Below, in pieces: positions 40,401-53,897 of a stretch of 64,000 bases of DNA. The position numbers and the translations under genes were made by a program. The stretch covers positions 57,474,001 through 57,538,000 of the forward strand of contig OX597821.1 of the NCBI GenBank assembly GCA_951406725.2. The letters are read 5' to 3'. Each line of letters opens with the position of its first letter. Positions within the stretch are counted from its first letter, which is position 1. This DNA is from Octopus vulgaris (taxonomy: Eukaryota). The notes beneath the pieces were generated by a model. The model was not told the origin of the DNA, ran no database searches, and saw only the letters and a program-made list of their open reading frames with translations.

Positions 40401-41019
40401 GACAATCTACTATGCTTATTTCGTTTTATATCATTCCTGCCGTACTTTATTTTTAGGATATTAAAAATTTCCTATAAACACCTAAGTGAATTAATTTATA
40501 CTTATGTGACAAAATTAATTGTATGGTTATATACAATGATGATTAAAACAGACATCGCCAAAGAAGTATAGAAATTTTGTAGCTGGTGAGTGAAATTTTG
40601 TGATAAAGATGGGCAGGTAGTTAAAAGCCATCGAATCGTTTATAACAGAGTTATAGAGATGAGAATAAAAATATATAGACTTAGCAGAAAAACTGGAGAT
40701 TCAGGATAGTGAAAGTTCATAGTTATTCCTCTAGAAAGATATTAATCTCGAAAGTTCATACTGTAATGTTATCGAAAGGATTGAGGAAAATTCCTTAAGC
40801 CATTTTTATTGGCTTGACCTAGACAGGTAGGTAAAAGTCCTAGGAATTACTACTTAAACTCTTCAAGACCGTGAATAATGCAAATAATCCGTTACAGCTG
40901 TTTCTGAGGTTTGTTGTTCAGTGAAAACAGTAAAATGCATTATGGTTTATATACATAAGTCAGTTTAGTAAATGACTAATATGTATGAATGTGAACAAGT
41001 TGAAATTACGTGAACAATT

Positions 41020-41385
41020 TCACGACAACGCCCGCCCTCTTATCGCCAATATGGCCAAGAAAGCCATTCAAACGCATGACTGGGAAGTGCTTCACACCCG
41101 CCGTACACTCTTGATTTGGCACCAACGGATTTCCACCTCTTTCAAATGCTATGCGCGGAGTTTCGTTCAATACTGATGCAGAATTGAGAGCTTGGTTGGA
41201 TCAATCTTTTGAGTCGAAATCGGGTGATTTCTACCAACGAGGTTTTGAAATTCTTGCTGAGCGTTGGAAAGAAGTTGTAAACAACAAGGGTGAATACATT
41301 ATTGATTAATTAGTTTTTTTTTTTATTAAACCTTTAAAAAAAATTATTTAATACAACGGCGGGAACTTAGCTGCCAACCCAATAC
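41020..41385 (+). mobile_element. 3' fragment of mellifera-like mariner
   Basis: Closely matches 53570-53897, including the right TIR ending CCAACCCAATA. Confidence 0.92.
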
Positions 41386-42086
41386 ATTAGCTCAGATAAC
41401 GATACCTCTAACCAATACTGTGCATCGATTATATATGCCTTCTTTCGTCGCCGAAAATGGTTTTATATTTTACCTTATATATTCCTTCATAATTGTATAT
41501 GAATATGCTAACATAAAACCGAAGCAGCATTAACGCGAATGTGTTCTTCGGCAAGGGCTCAGAGATGAACAAACATTCCTTGTTCAGCAGTAAAAAAATG
41601 TTTGTTTATTCTACTCATGAGCATACAGCATAGAATTGATGATGAGAGAAATATGGACTTGTTAGTTAAAATCCAACAACACCAAGTATTGTGCATGTGA
41701 CTTGTTTACAGTTATAGAAAGACTGTTACTGCAGGGCAAAGAGTTTAAGAATTATGCACGATGGCTTGAGGGTCAAGTACGGAATGAAAATATCTCTCCT
41801 TGCACAAAGAGTCAAATGGCTGGCTTCTATCGTGTGGGACATAATAGTTTCGATAGTAAGTCTTGTACCGTTTCAGAATATTGGTGTATCTGAATTTCGA
41901 AGTAACACAACGAGTGTTCTAGCTTTCAGATGTAGATTGTTAGGAGTCACAGCAGAAATGCTAGTGCTGAAGAGACTGTAGAAACTCAGTAGGATATTTA
42001 GCAGCATCTTCAAATTATAAAAATGTGCGAGGCTGGATGTATTTCATCAAACATCTTCCCCTGAATCTTCAGCCTTGTTTCTACGC

Positions 42087-42087
<1 letters not shown>

Positions 42088-42146
<59 letters not shown>

Positions 42147-42370
42147 CATATTTAAGGCAGCGAACTGGAAGAATCTTTACCACACCGGACAAATTGCTTA
42201 GCGTCCGTCTTTTACGTTCTGAGTTAAATTTCCGCCGAGGTTGACTTTGCCTTTCATACTTTCGGGGTCGATGAAATAAGTATCAGTTGAGCACTGGGGA
42301 TCGATGTAATCGGTTTACCCCCCCCTCCCCCGAGCTTGCTGGCCTTGCGCCAAAATTTTAAACCATTGTT
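42088..42370 (+). mobile_element. (ATT)n tract followed by SINE family A
   Basis: (ATT)~19 at 42088-42146, with the SINE starting at 42154. Confidence 0.88.
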
Positions 42371-42670
42371 ACTATTATATTTATTGAGTAACAGAATCTA
42401 CATTTCGGAAGCGTCTGTACTTGTGGCTAAAACGATTCCATTTAACATTGGCTGGCATAGGGGAGTGTATACATTATCGGTTTATGAAGCAGCTGCATAT
42501 TGCCAATGTATTTTCCTTTTCTTGTAAAGATTAACTATTTACGAATTTCATTTACGCTGAATATATATATATACACACGTTTAAACGTATATATATCTAT
42601 GATTATATTTATATACACTCATGTATATATTTATACATATTTACTTCTATATTTATATATAGATGTGTCC

Positions 42671-42713
<43 letters not shown>

Positions 42714-42741
42714 TACACTCGTTTAAACGTATATATCTTTG

Positions 42742-42785
<44 letters not shown>

Positions 42786-42813
42786 TACACTCGTTTAAAC
42801 GTATATATCTTTG

Positions 42814-42858
<45 letters not shown>

Positions 42859-42884
42859 TATATACATATATATAAATGTGTTCA

Positions 42885-42926
<42 letters not shown>

Positions 42927-42978
42927 ATGTATATATATATATATTTATTTCTATATGTATGTATATATAAATGTGTTC

Positions 42979-43023
<45 letters not shown>

Positions 43024-43393
43024 TAAAGAGAAAAGTGGAATTCACAAGATTCCTTATTCAAAACCACTACAATTGCTTCGACTCATTCTCCACCTGCAAC
43101 TCATAATCGGTGAGATACTGTCCAATCAATTGTCTTGCATTACAGGTGCAGCCTACACCTCTCCAGTTGAGATTTTACCTCGCTTTTGGACTTATAACAA
43201 TAAATATCTGCGTAGTTGCTGCATTCTGAAGTTCTCATAAGAAACTGAGAGAGATTATACACCTACAGTCATAAAGTAATAAGGATGTACTGATAACAGT
43301 ACATAGATAACTAAAATCATAAAATCATAAACCATACATGAAATCAAAAGAAAACCGAACATATTCTGATAAGATATACACCGAATCAAAACA

Positions 43394-43805
43394 AAGAGTG
43401 GATGTGTGGTAAGTAGTTTGCTAACCAGCCACATGGTTGCGGGTTCAGTCTCACTGCGTGGCATCTTGGGCAAGTGTCTTCTGCTATAGCCCCAGGCTGA
43501 CCAATGCCTTGTGAGTGGATTTGGTAGACGGAAACTGAAAGAAGCCTGTCGTATATATGTATATATATATATGTATATGTGTGTGTGTGTGTTTGTGTGT
43601 CTGTGTTTGTCTCCTTAGCATTGCTTGACAACCGATGCTGGTGTGTTTACGTCCCCGTAACTTAGCGGTTCGGCAAAAAAGACCGATAGAATAAGTACTG
43701 GGCTTACAAAGAATAAGTCCCAGGGTCGATTTGCTCGACTAAAGGCGGTGCTCCAGCATGGCCGCAGTCAAATGACTGAAACAAGTAAAAGAGTAAAAGA
43801 GTAAA
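43394..43805 (+). mobile_element. SINE family B, best-preserved copy (tRNA head, CORE-like block, internal microsatellite, GTAAAAGA tail)
   Basis: GGGTTCAGTC B-box, CTTGGGCAAGTG, an internal (TA)(TG) tract and the tail GTAAAAGA GTAAAAGA GTAAA. Confidence 0.93.
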
Positions 43806-45734
43806 TATGTAGATATGCAAAAAAGATGTATTAAAGGAGTCCACTTGGCAATAAAGCCTATCAGAAGCATATTGGGAAAGTGGAAATTAGACTAGAAGAT
43901 AAAATTACGGACAAAGTAGAAAAGAGTCATAAAATAATAATGTGTTAGGAAGCGATTGGATGGGATGCTCATGTCAATCGCTTCCAAAGACGTCTGTTTT
44001 AATCTCAATTTCCTTTTCTCTTGAGTCTACATGCCCCCAATCTATTCTATGGCAATTGTGTCTCCAATTTTGAATTAATTTTTTTACCACCACCACCACC
44101 ACACATTGACGTACAGACATATACTGGCACACGTACACATTTGTACACATATATACTGATACCCAAGTACTGACACACACATTGTTACTTATACTCACTG
44201 ACACATTTTTTTTATCCATTTGCATTCCATCTAAAACAAAATAAAAAACAACAAATATTTCTCTTATAGAATTAAGGCGACAATTCCCCTTTATAATGTT
44301 GCAAGAATTAATTAAATCTACACAACTACTTTATGTATGTTGATGTCCCTGAAAAGATAAACGACAAAATTGGCAATATTGAATTTTGAACCCAGAATAT
44401 AAGGGAACATAGCTTGCTGCTCTACCGACTCTATTGTGAAAGTGAGTGACCTAGTGGTTAAGGTGTTCTGATCATGATCATAAAATCGTGGATTGAATTC
44501 CCGGATTGAGTAGTATCACGCATCCTTGAGCAAGGCACTTCATTCCACGTTGCTTCAATCAAGCCAGGTGTAATGAGTACCAGCCGGAAGCTGGTGCAGT
44601 TTTTTCACCCTCTAATTGTTACATTTTGGATGTTCTACTGGTTTAAAGGGGAAACCGCCGCAAAGGTGTCTGCTGGCTCACGACAACTAAATTTGTTATG
44701 GTACATTTTACTAAGTCTTACTCGTACGTGACGGCCAGCTGTACCATACTACCGATTCAGTTAATCCGACCGATTTCCTGAAGAATTTTAAAATATCTAT
44801 TCTTAATACGCCCCGGCAGATTCGAACGTGACTATACTAATCGCTGTTATGTTTCGGCATCGGAGAACAACTTTTCTACGATCATTTGTTAGCTAGGGTG
44901 TCTTTGGTTGATGAGACACAATGATGTCAAAACACCGGGTGTTCCTTTATGATAATGAATTGAGTTTATTATGAACACACATTCGCCTGAAATAATATTT
45001 TCTCTTAGGATGAAACAACAGCGATTAATATATCCACGTTCGAATCCGCCGTTACATATTAAAAATATATATGCAGACTTTCGTTTTAATTCTCGCTGTT
45101 CACCATGCATTTATCGATCTATTTTAATCTTAGATTTTCTATTTAGATTAGCTCAATCGTATAAAACAACCAAGTAGACTCCATTGCATGAGTGGTGGTA
45201 CATTGTATTGACCATACAATCGTTTAACCTGTAGCGGTGCAGATAGTTGAATGATCTCCCTTGCAAGAAAGATCATAGAGTAACCTCTTTTTCTAAGTTT
45301 CTCGAAACCTCGATAACACGAAACTTAATTCTTAATTATTCAAGAAGCTTGGCGTTTCTTTTGGAAGTTTCTCTAATGTCTAACGTTCCCTTAGGAAAAA
45401 CAGTTTGCTAACCCAGTTTTCCGCTTCTTAGTCGATTAGACTTAGAGCCATTCACATCGTTGCTATGTCCGTCTAATTCTCTATGTTTCTTAACCGATAT
45501 GACTGAGAGCCATCACTTCGCTGTTGTTCTACACTTCCTATCTCTGCACTTTCTTGCATAAGATTATTCCGTTCAACTCGCTTCTACAATTTGATTCTAT
45601 GTATTTTCATCGAATGAAGAATTAAATATATTTCTATGTAGTAAAAATATAGATCTTGTATTTAGTCTTTCATCTCTGTATAAACTCTTGCGATAACCTA
45701 ACATGCAGCCACGTCACACACATTGTTCTATTCT

Positions 45735-46100
45735 TTTATTCATTCGCTTGTTTGTCATTTGACAAAAGGCATAGCCTTTAGTCGAACAAATCGACCCCAA
45801 AACATTCTTTGTAAGCCTAGTACTTATTCTATCGGTCTCTTTTAACGAACCGCTTGGCTACGGGAATGTAAACACACCAGCATCGGTTGTCAGGTGACGG
45901 GAGGGGGGGCAAACACAGAAACACAAACATATATATATATATACACACGATGAGCTTCTTTCAGTTTCCGTCTACCAAATTCATTCATAAGGCTTTAGTC
46001 GGCCCAAGGCTAGAATAGAATACACTTGCTCAAGGTGCCACTGAGTGGGACTGAATCCGGAAACATGCGGTTGCCAAGCAAGCTACTTACCACACAGCGA
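45735..46100 (-). mobile_element. SINE family B
   Basis: Reverse match to 43394-43805. Confidence 0.87.
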
Positions 46101-46669
46101 CGACTAACTTATTCGTATACATGACTGAAACTAAATACAGTGAGAATTTTGCCTGGCATTCTGCTAATCGTTGATATTTCCAGGAAATCACTTTTGACCA
46201 TAATCAACAGCAGACGTTGACTGCGCGTATCTAAGTATACTCTAGTTCCCAATGCCCTCGTTGCTGCTTTTCTTTATATACATGTTTAATTAAACACACG
46301 ACAGTTTCATTTTATCCTTCTGATTAGAGTTTCCGTTTTGGTAATTTTTGCATCTACAGTTTGTTTGCAACGATAAAGTTCCTAGACCCGTAATCAATGT
46401 CTCTGTACTTTCACAGTCTCACCATCAGGATATGAAATATATTTCGTTTCTGTGTTACTTCTTTTATAGTAGTCGGGTTAATGCAGATTTTTGCTGCTAA
46501 CAATTTTGACTAAAGATTTCATGTTAGTACTCACTTGCTCACTTTTGATGTGTATGATGATTGTGTCGCGTTTTGTTACAATTGTACCTGGTTTATACAT
46601 ATCTACACACACACACATTTATGGAATGAGATGCCGAAAGAGAGTCAAGACAAAAATGCAACCTAGGCC

Positions 46670-47173
46670 GTGTGGGAAGATGAACGGAAGCATAACGTTT
46701 CCATCACTATTGATCACTCCAAAACACCATGGTGTTGACTGAATGTTTGATTTTTATCACTCTGGACACATGTTTTACGAGCACGACAAACCAACAGTTG
46801 TTCTGTGTTCATCTGTTCGAGAAAAAAATTTTCTCATCCGAGAAGAAACCAAATGATGTTCAGTTGGAGGAGATCCTTAAAAACCAAATGATGTTCAGTT
46901 GGGGGAAATGCTTGATTTTGTTCAAAAGCATCGTAGCGCGGTATTTCCTCTTGTCCTTGGTGGCTTGGGATAAAAATTGGCCCTTTCTCATCTTGTATGA
47001 GGAATATCGAATGTCTTCATGTACTACTTGCCTGATAAGAAACTCAGACACTGCCATGTCCCTGGCGAGGACCTGTTTGACTTGGAGAGATCGTCGTTGT
47101 CGCTCATGACCTAGCTCTCACCAACAAATTCAGGAGTTCTTTTCCTATCAGAATGATCAGATTGAATTTTCCG
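46670..47173 (-). pseudogene. Tc1/mariner transposase fragment, maT (Bmmar1-like) type
   Basis: VSEFLIRQVVHEDIRYSSYKMRKGQFLS...LLNKIKH and WFLLG/SDEK(IF) across a frameshift. A 22-bp internal duplication AAACCAAATGATGTTCAGTTGG is present. Confidence 0.75.
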
Positions 47174-47187
47174 ATATATATATATAT

Positions 47188-47375
47188 CGCCATTATAGAT
47201 CGGTAGCCACTACACACATTTTTTTCTCTCCTTGTTTCTTTCTATGTTCCTTTTTGTGGAAGAGCGTAGGCTCGAAACGTAAAAGACTTTATCAATTCCT
47301 GAGCGTTATACTAATACATCTGTTTGTTTTCTACACAACCTGTCTCCATCTTTTGTTTTTTTCGTGAGTTGTCCC
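47188..47375 (+). mobile_element. Second copy of the about 200-bp TA-flanked element
   Basis: Homologous to 29829-30028. Reads TTGTGGAAGAGCGTAGGCTCGAAACGTAAAAG at 47254-47285, with (TA)n on both sides. Confidence 0.75.
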
Positions 47376-47460
47376 TATATATATATGACTCTATAACACT
47401 GTCTCTCTCTCCCCCCTCGCCTACATTTCTCTGCCTTTCACACTTTGCACTCCACTTTAA

Positions 47461-47504
<44 letters not shown>

Positions 47505-48185
47505 CTCCTCTTTTTCTCTTTTCTTGCCTCTGATTCTTTGGTCTCCTCTTCCCCCACTCTCTCACATTTCTCTGTCTTTCTCACTTTGCACCTCACTGAT
47601 TCTGTCGCCAAGCCAATCCTTGTCACGCTCTCTTTTTTCTCCCCACTTTTATTCCTTCTTTCTCTCTCTTCCCCCCTCTTTGGTGCCTTTGTCCCTCTTT
47701 TTCTCTCTCTCTTTGATTCCTTTGCCCCCTTTTTTCTCTCTCTTCTCTCACGTGACCGCTGGTCAACCAGCCTTTTGGCTTCCGACCACCGCCATGAGAA
47801 CATCGTTTTCTTCGTCTGCCGAAAAAGGCATTTTTTTTCAAAATACGCCAGCTAAACTAAGTTGTAGTGTCTATAGTCGTAAGACACCTGCTGTTTTTGT
47901 CCTGTTATTACTATTATTGCTTTTTGTATTTATATTCGTGTGGCATCGTCCGTTTTTCGGTCCCTGTTTCGTATACATTCGATCTTTTTTCCAAGAAATC
48001 TAATGCTCGTAGCTTAGTTTTTCCTTGGGACTGGCCGGATCGGAGCGATCTCAAGATTAATCAGCCGAAATTGCGAGGATGATCCGGTTCTTGACTGAAG
48101 ATTGAAGGCTTCGAATGTCCCGTCCGTGTTTTTTGTATTGTCTTCTAAATGTTTTGCGTTATTGTCCCAGTTTGTATTTTTTTAC

Positions 48186-48245
<60 letters not shown>

Positions 48246-48248
<3 letters not shown>

Positions 48249-48454
48249 GTAGCCTGAACAGGATAAGCTATCCTTATTTTGCAGAAAAAAGTGTTGGCAG
48301 CTGGAGCCGGCCGCCAACATATTTTTCTGCAAAATAGGGGTAGCTTATCCTGCTCAGGCTATATTATTGGCATTATCCTGCGTTTGAGAATTTAAAATCA
48401 CTCCTTTAACTTTCTAAAACATCTCGTTTGTTTGCGTTCATCGTAATTTGAATT

Positions 48455-48496
<42 letters not shown>

Positions 48497-48803
48497 TATC
48501 ACGTGATCACGTGACCGACCAGACCATCAGATGTTGCTACACATCGTCATTCATTTTAGCCTTTGAATGACGCCACCCTGCTGGCTAAGCGAGCAGGCCA
48601 ACAGACGAAAGAGTGAGAGAAAGAGTGGTGAAAGAGTACAGCAGGAATCACCACCCCCTGCCGGAGCGTCGTGGAACTTTTTTAGGTGTTTTCGCTCAAT
48701 AAACTCACAGAACGCCCGGTCTGGGAATCGAAACCGCGAGTCCGCTACCCTAAACACTGGGCCATTGCGCCTCCAGATATATATATATATATATACACAC
48801 ATA

Positions 48804-48837
<34 letters not shown>

Positions 48838-49097
48838 GTAATCACTTGCTCACTTTGGTCTCATATATATATATGATAAACGCAAACAAACGAAGGTTGC
48901 TTTAGAAGCGTTGAGATGTTTTAGAAAGTTAAAGTTAAAGAAGTGATTTTAAATTCTCAAACGCAGGATAATGCCAATAATATAGCCTGGACAGGATAAG
49001 CTACCCCTAATTTGTAGAAAAATATGTTGGTGGCCGGGTCCAGCTGCCAACACTTTTTTCTGCAAAATAAGGGTAGCTTATCCTGTTCAGGCCACAT

Positions 49098-49098
<1 letters not shown>
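48246..49098. repeat. About 200-bp inverted repeats, each holding a 120-bp hairpin, enclosing a SINE
   Basis: Arms 48246-48443 and 48875-49098, with internal hairpins at 48246-48365 and 48979-49098. Confidence 0.92.
48499..48775 (-). mobile_element. SINE family C with an alternative tail
   Basis: The head matches 22545-22728. The tail ends GGTCACGTGATCACGTGA followed by (TA)n. Confidence 0.85.
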
Positions 49099-49128
<30 letters not shown>

Positions 49129-50069
49129 GCGCGTGCGCACGCACACATTAAAACCTTTTATCCTAATAAAACTAACGAACAGAATCATTACAATTAGGAC
49201 GCCATTGTTCAATAAGACCTGCTGAATAATCAGTGTTCATTAGTGGCTAAACAAAAATCATCAGCACCCTCACAACAACGACAATAACAGAAGTAATGAC
49301 TCCAATAACAACAATTACCTATATCAGAAAAATTCTTTCAGTTTAAACTCTGCAACAAGTTCTACGTCCGTATAACGTCTAGAATAAACATGCCGCCGTA
49401 ACACCTCAATGGTTGTGACTTCGATTTAAATCGATTACATTTAGTCTTAATATATCCATATGAGAAATAAGAATTAATTTAGTGTTTAAGAACCTCATGA
49501 AATGATGCTCAAAATTATGATTAGAAATAGTAATGAGAAGACATTATATCAGGTTTCACTCTTATTATATCTTGTCGGTAAAGGCGAGCGAATTATTAAT
49601 TAAATATACAACATCGTATTCGGAGTAGATGTGTGACTCATTTGTTATATTTTTATAATTTTCTTTTGCTTGTTAGTTTCTTTTTGCTCCCGTTGTTTTC
49701 CCACTTTTCTCCGGACCCCATTTCTTCGTTATCGCAACACGTGATACTTGGAATTTCTAACGAGCCATATGCCACATAAGGAAGGTTTCCTAATACTGTA
49801 ACTCACCAGCCTTGGTGTCAGTGGCTTTGACAAGAATGTAACCCCTCCGTTTGTTTTTGCTCCCAAACCGGCGATTTTAGAAACTGCGAAGGATGGTACT
49901 ATAGAATCGGAAATAGCTTCGTTTTAACCACATGGCCTACTGTCCGCCCCCTTATTTTTCGCTTTTCTTCTTTCTCAGCCTATTCTACCACATGCTAGTA
50001 CCTGGTCCTTCTGCTCTGCTCCACTAGTATTACTTATCCGTTCCTAAAGCATTAATAACAACAACAATA

Positions 50070-50730
50070 ATCCTTTTTACTATAGGCACAAGGCCTGAAA
50101 TTTTGGGGGAGGGGACGAGTCGATTAGATCGACCCCAGTACGCAGCTGGTGTTTAATTTATCGTACCCGAAAGGAGGAAAGGCAAAGTCGACCTCGGTGG
50201 AATTTGAACACAGAACGTAAAGACGGACGAAATGCCGTTAAGCATTTCACCTGCCGTGCTAACGATTCAGCCAACTCACCGCCCCAATAAGGATAATAAT
50301 CGTTTCAAATTTTGCTACAAGGGCAGCAATTTGTGGGGAGGGAATAAGTCGATTACATCGACCCCATTGTTCAACTGGTAGTTATTTTATCGACCTCGAA
50401 AGGATGAAAGGCAAAGTCGACCACCGGTGGAATTTGAACTCAGAACGTAGCGGCTGACAAACTACTGCTTCACATTTCGCCCAGCGTCCTAACGATTCTG
50501 CCAACTCGCTGCCTTAATAATTATAGTCCTTTCTACTGGAGGCAAAAGACCTCAGATTAGTGGGGAGGTGACTAGTCGATTACATTGAACCCATCGTTTC
50601 ACTGGTACTCAATTTATCGGCCCTGAAAGGATGAAAGGCAAAGTCGACCTCGGCGGAATTTGAACTCGGGACCTACGGACGCTAAGCATTTTGCCCGGCA
50701 TGGTAACGATTCTGCCAGCTCGTCGCCTTA
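50070..50730 (-). mobile_element. Three tandem complete SINE family A copies separated by TAA-like spacers
   Basis: Units at about 50070-50285, 50300-50515 and 50527-50729. Confidence 0.9.
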
Positions 50731-50769
50731 AGAAAGAAAATAAAAAAGAGAAACAAAAGATCTACATAT

Positions 50770-50975
50770 ATGAAACTTGAATATTGAAATCGCCAAGATG
50801 TGACAGCTGCGTGAATCAAACATAGGTTGTTCCTGTTGTCATCGGAGCATCGATTTTGATACCGCCCAACCTGAAGAAACATATGGACACTCTAGAAATA
50901 CCCTACAATCTTGGCGCATTGCAAAAATCGGTTTTACTTAGAACTGCACACATACTCCATGAAGTACTGTCTGTT
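50770..50975 (+). pseudogene. C-terminus of a second R4/Dong-type RLE element
   Basis: IEIAKM*QL / VVPVVIGAS..PNLKKHMDTLEI...LQKSVLLRTAHILHEVL. Confidence 0.8.
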
Positions 50976-51484
50976 TCAGACCCTTGTTGTGCCTTGACAG
51001 ATGGCACAAATCTCCGACACACTCAATATCTTTAATCTAGACAATATTGGATACTGTGCAACGATATTAATTGACTACTGCTACAAAAACATCGACAAAT
51101 CACACAACTTGATTTCTACAGCATTATCAGCCAATAGCAGAACACAATCAACGCATCACCGACAGAATCTACCCAACATTAACACACATGACACATAGCA
51201 CATTCGAAAAAACTTCAGATATAACACGTTTTCCACGAAAATGTGACAAAACACTAAACTTACATCAGAAAAATATAAATCGGATGCCATAACAAAACGA
51301 AAGCAATTTAGCACGCAAGCAATTCTATATGAGTAAATGGAAAGGCTAACCACAACTAGGGACACACGGAGATGCAGCTGATGTTGCAGCAGGCGCCTAC
51401 ATTCAACTATTCAATTTACGATAATTATGTTACTCTGCTTGTTCCTGCATGCTTCATCCGTGTATTACGAATGTAGGAGAATGA

Positions 51485-51537
<53 letters not shown>

Positions 51538-51547
51538 TTGTATATAT

Positions 51548-51838
51548 AGAGAGGGGAACGCGAGAAGGAGAGAGGGGACAGAGGGAGGGGGACGAGAGAA
51601 GGAGAGAGGGGAGAGAAGGAAAGAGGGGGACGGGAGAGAGGGGGAGAGAGAGAGGGAGAGGGAGAGAGAGATGGAGAGAGAGAGAGGGAAAGAGAGAGGG
51701 AGCGAGAGAGGGAAAGAGAGAGGGAGAGAGAGAGAGGGAAAGAGAGAGGGAGAGAAAGAGGGAAAAAGAGAGAGGGAGTGAGAGAGAGGAGAGAGGGGGG
51801 AGAAAGGGTGGAAGGAGAGAAAGAAAGAGTGAGAGACA
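51548..51838. repeat. About 290-bp polypurine GA/GGGA tract
   Basis: Directly visible. A comparable polypyrimidine tract lies at 47400-47750. Confidence 0.95.
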
Positions 51839-52708
51839 AGGTCTATATTATGAGAGAGAGGTCTACATTATTAGAGTGTGAAGGGGAGGAGAAGATCTAT
51901 ATTATTCTGCATTTGTGTTAAAATCGCAAACACGGTCGAACATAGTGAAACAATGCCATGAAGATGTATAACTTTAAGCTTTTAAAGATATATTGATAGT
52001 TAAATTAACGTGAAATATCCTCAGTTAGCAAAAAGCTGTGTAAGTTACATTTTTATCTTTTACATGTTCCAGACCCAAACCTGTAGCCATGCTGGGGCAC
52101 CGCTATTATTATTTTTTTAATGCTGTCACTAGGTTTAAATGCTTATCGGTTTTATGAAAATAAACAGATATCACGCTTTGGCAGACAGGCAAACAGACAT
52201 ACTGACAGCCAGGTGAGTAGGCAGGTGAACCTACCGATGTCTCAAAAATTATGCAAATAGAGAAATATATCAATAGATATACAAATAGATAGATCGCTGA
52301 AATGAAGTGAAATGAAAATCTCATTTGGTAACTAACTGAGACTGAGTGTTTGGACAGCGAAAAATATAGTTTGCCTTCATATTTTATTTTAAATCCCTTC
52401 ATTTAACGCAACGGTGGCATTTTCTAGGGTTAGGAAATAATCTGTGGCATATGTGGAAATTATTTTACTGTGGTAGTAAGAGTAGCTGAGACCAACAGAC
52501 AAGGCAAATAGGAAGGTAAAACTCCTACAAAAACATGAAGTGTATAAAGAAGTGCTGAGAGAATAAGTCTAGAATTTTATTAATCACATGTAAATGTTCG
52601 TCATTCATATTGCATTCAAATTATACAGTCTGTAATTAGTCTGCGATCACATACAATGCTTATTTCATACACATTTAAATTAGTTCAGGTTTTGTATTTC
52701 TGTTTATA

Positions 52709-53897
52709 TATTGAGTTAGCAACTTTCCCGCGGTTTTTTTAAATTGTGGAATCTATTTTTTTTTCGAGAATACTATTTTTGAATCATTTTGGAATCTATT
52801 TTCTTTTTCTAGTTAATTTTAGTTAATGTTTGTTTAGTTTCTGATCATTAAAATGGAATGTCAAGTTAAGAAAAACGAGCATTTTCGACACCTTTTTGCT
52901 TTTAATCAAGGTTCTAAGGCCGCCAATGCTACTCGCGACATTTGTGCTGTGTATGGATAGGGTACCATAGCTCAAAGAACCGCTCGTGATTGGTATGCTA
53001 AGTTCAAAAATGGAAATTTTGACCTCGATGACGCACCTCGTTCTGACCGTCCAGTTGAGTTCGATGAAGAGCGATTAAATCAACTTTTGCACAAAAATTC
53101 TCGTCAAACGACATGGGAACTGGCAGAGAAAATGGAATGCTCACACACTGCTATAGAGAAGCATCTTCACTCGATGGGAAAGGTTCAGAAGTATGGAGCA
53201 TGGATTCCGCATGCTTTAAGTAATGACAACAAAAATCAACGAGCCACAATCTCCGCTGGTTTGCTTGCTAGTCACCGCTCAACTCATGAACACAAGCAAC
53301 GATTTCTTTACCGAATCGTTACTGGCGACGAAAAATGGTGCCTGTACATCAATATGAAGCAGCGTAAGGAATGGCTTAGCCCCGGTTAACAAGCGACACC
53401 GCGCGTGAAACGATGTTGTGCATATGGTGGGACTAGGAAGGGATTATCCATTACGAATTGCTTGAACGGAATCAAACGGTCAATGCGGAACTCTATGTTC
53501 AACAGATGGAACGACTAAACACGGCTATTCAAGGGAAAACACCTAATCGGCAGTATGGGGTTCTTTTGCTGCACGACAACGTCGGCCCTCATATCGCCAA
53601 AATGACCAAGGAAGCCATTCAAACGCATGGCTGGGAAGTACTGCCACACCCGCCGTACTCTCTTAATTTGGCACCAACGGATTTCCACCTCTTTTGATCT
53701 CTTTCAAATGATATGTGCGGAGCTTCGTTCAATACTGATGCAGAATTGAGAGCTTGGTTGGATCAATTTTTCGAGTCGAAATCGGGTTATTTCTACCAAC
53801 AAGGGTGAATACATTGTTGATTAATTTCTATTTTTTATCAAACCTATTTAAAAAATTAAATTTTAAAATCGGCGGGAACTTATTTACCAACCCAATA
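52709..53897 (+). mobile_element. Near-full-length mariner, mellifera-like, pseudogenised
   Basis: MECQVKKNEHFRH (ATG at 52853), WIPHAL, IVTGDEKW, LHDNVGPH and HPPYSLNLAPTD. Degenerate TIRs TATTGAGTTAGCAA / TTACCAACCCAATA. Confidence 0.95.
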
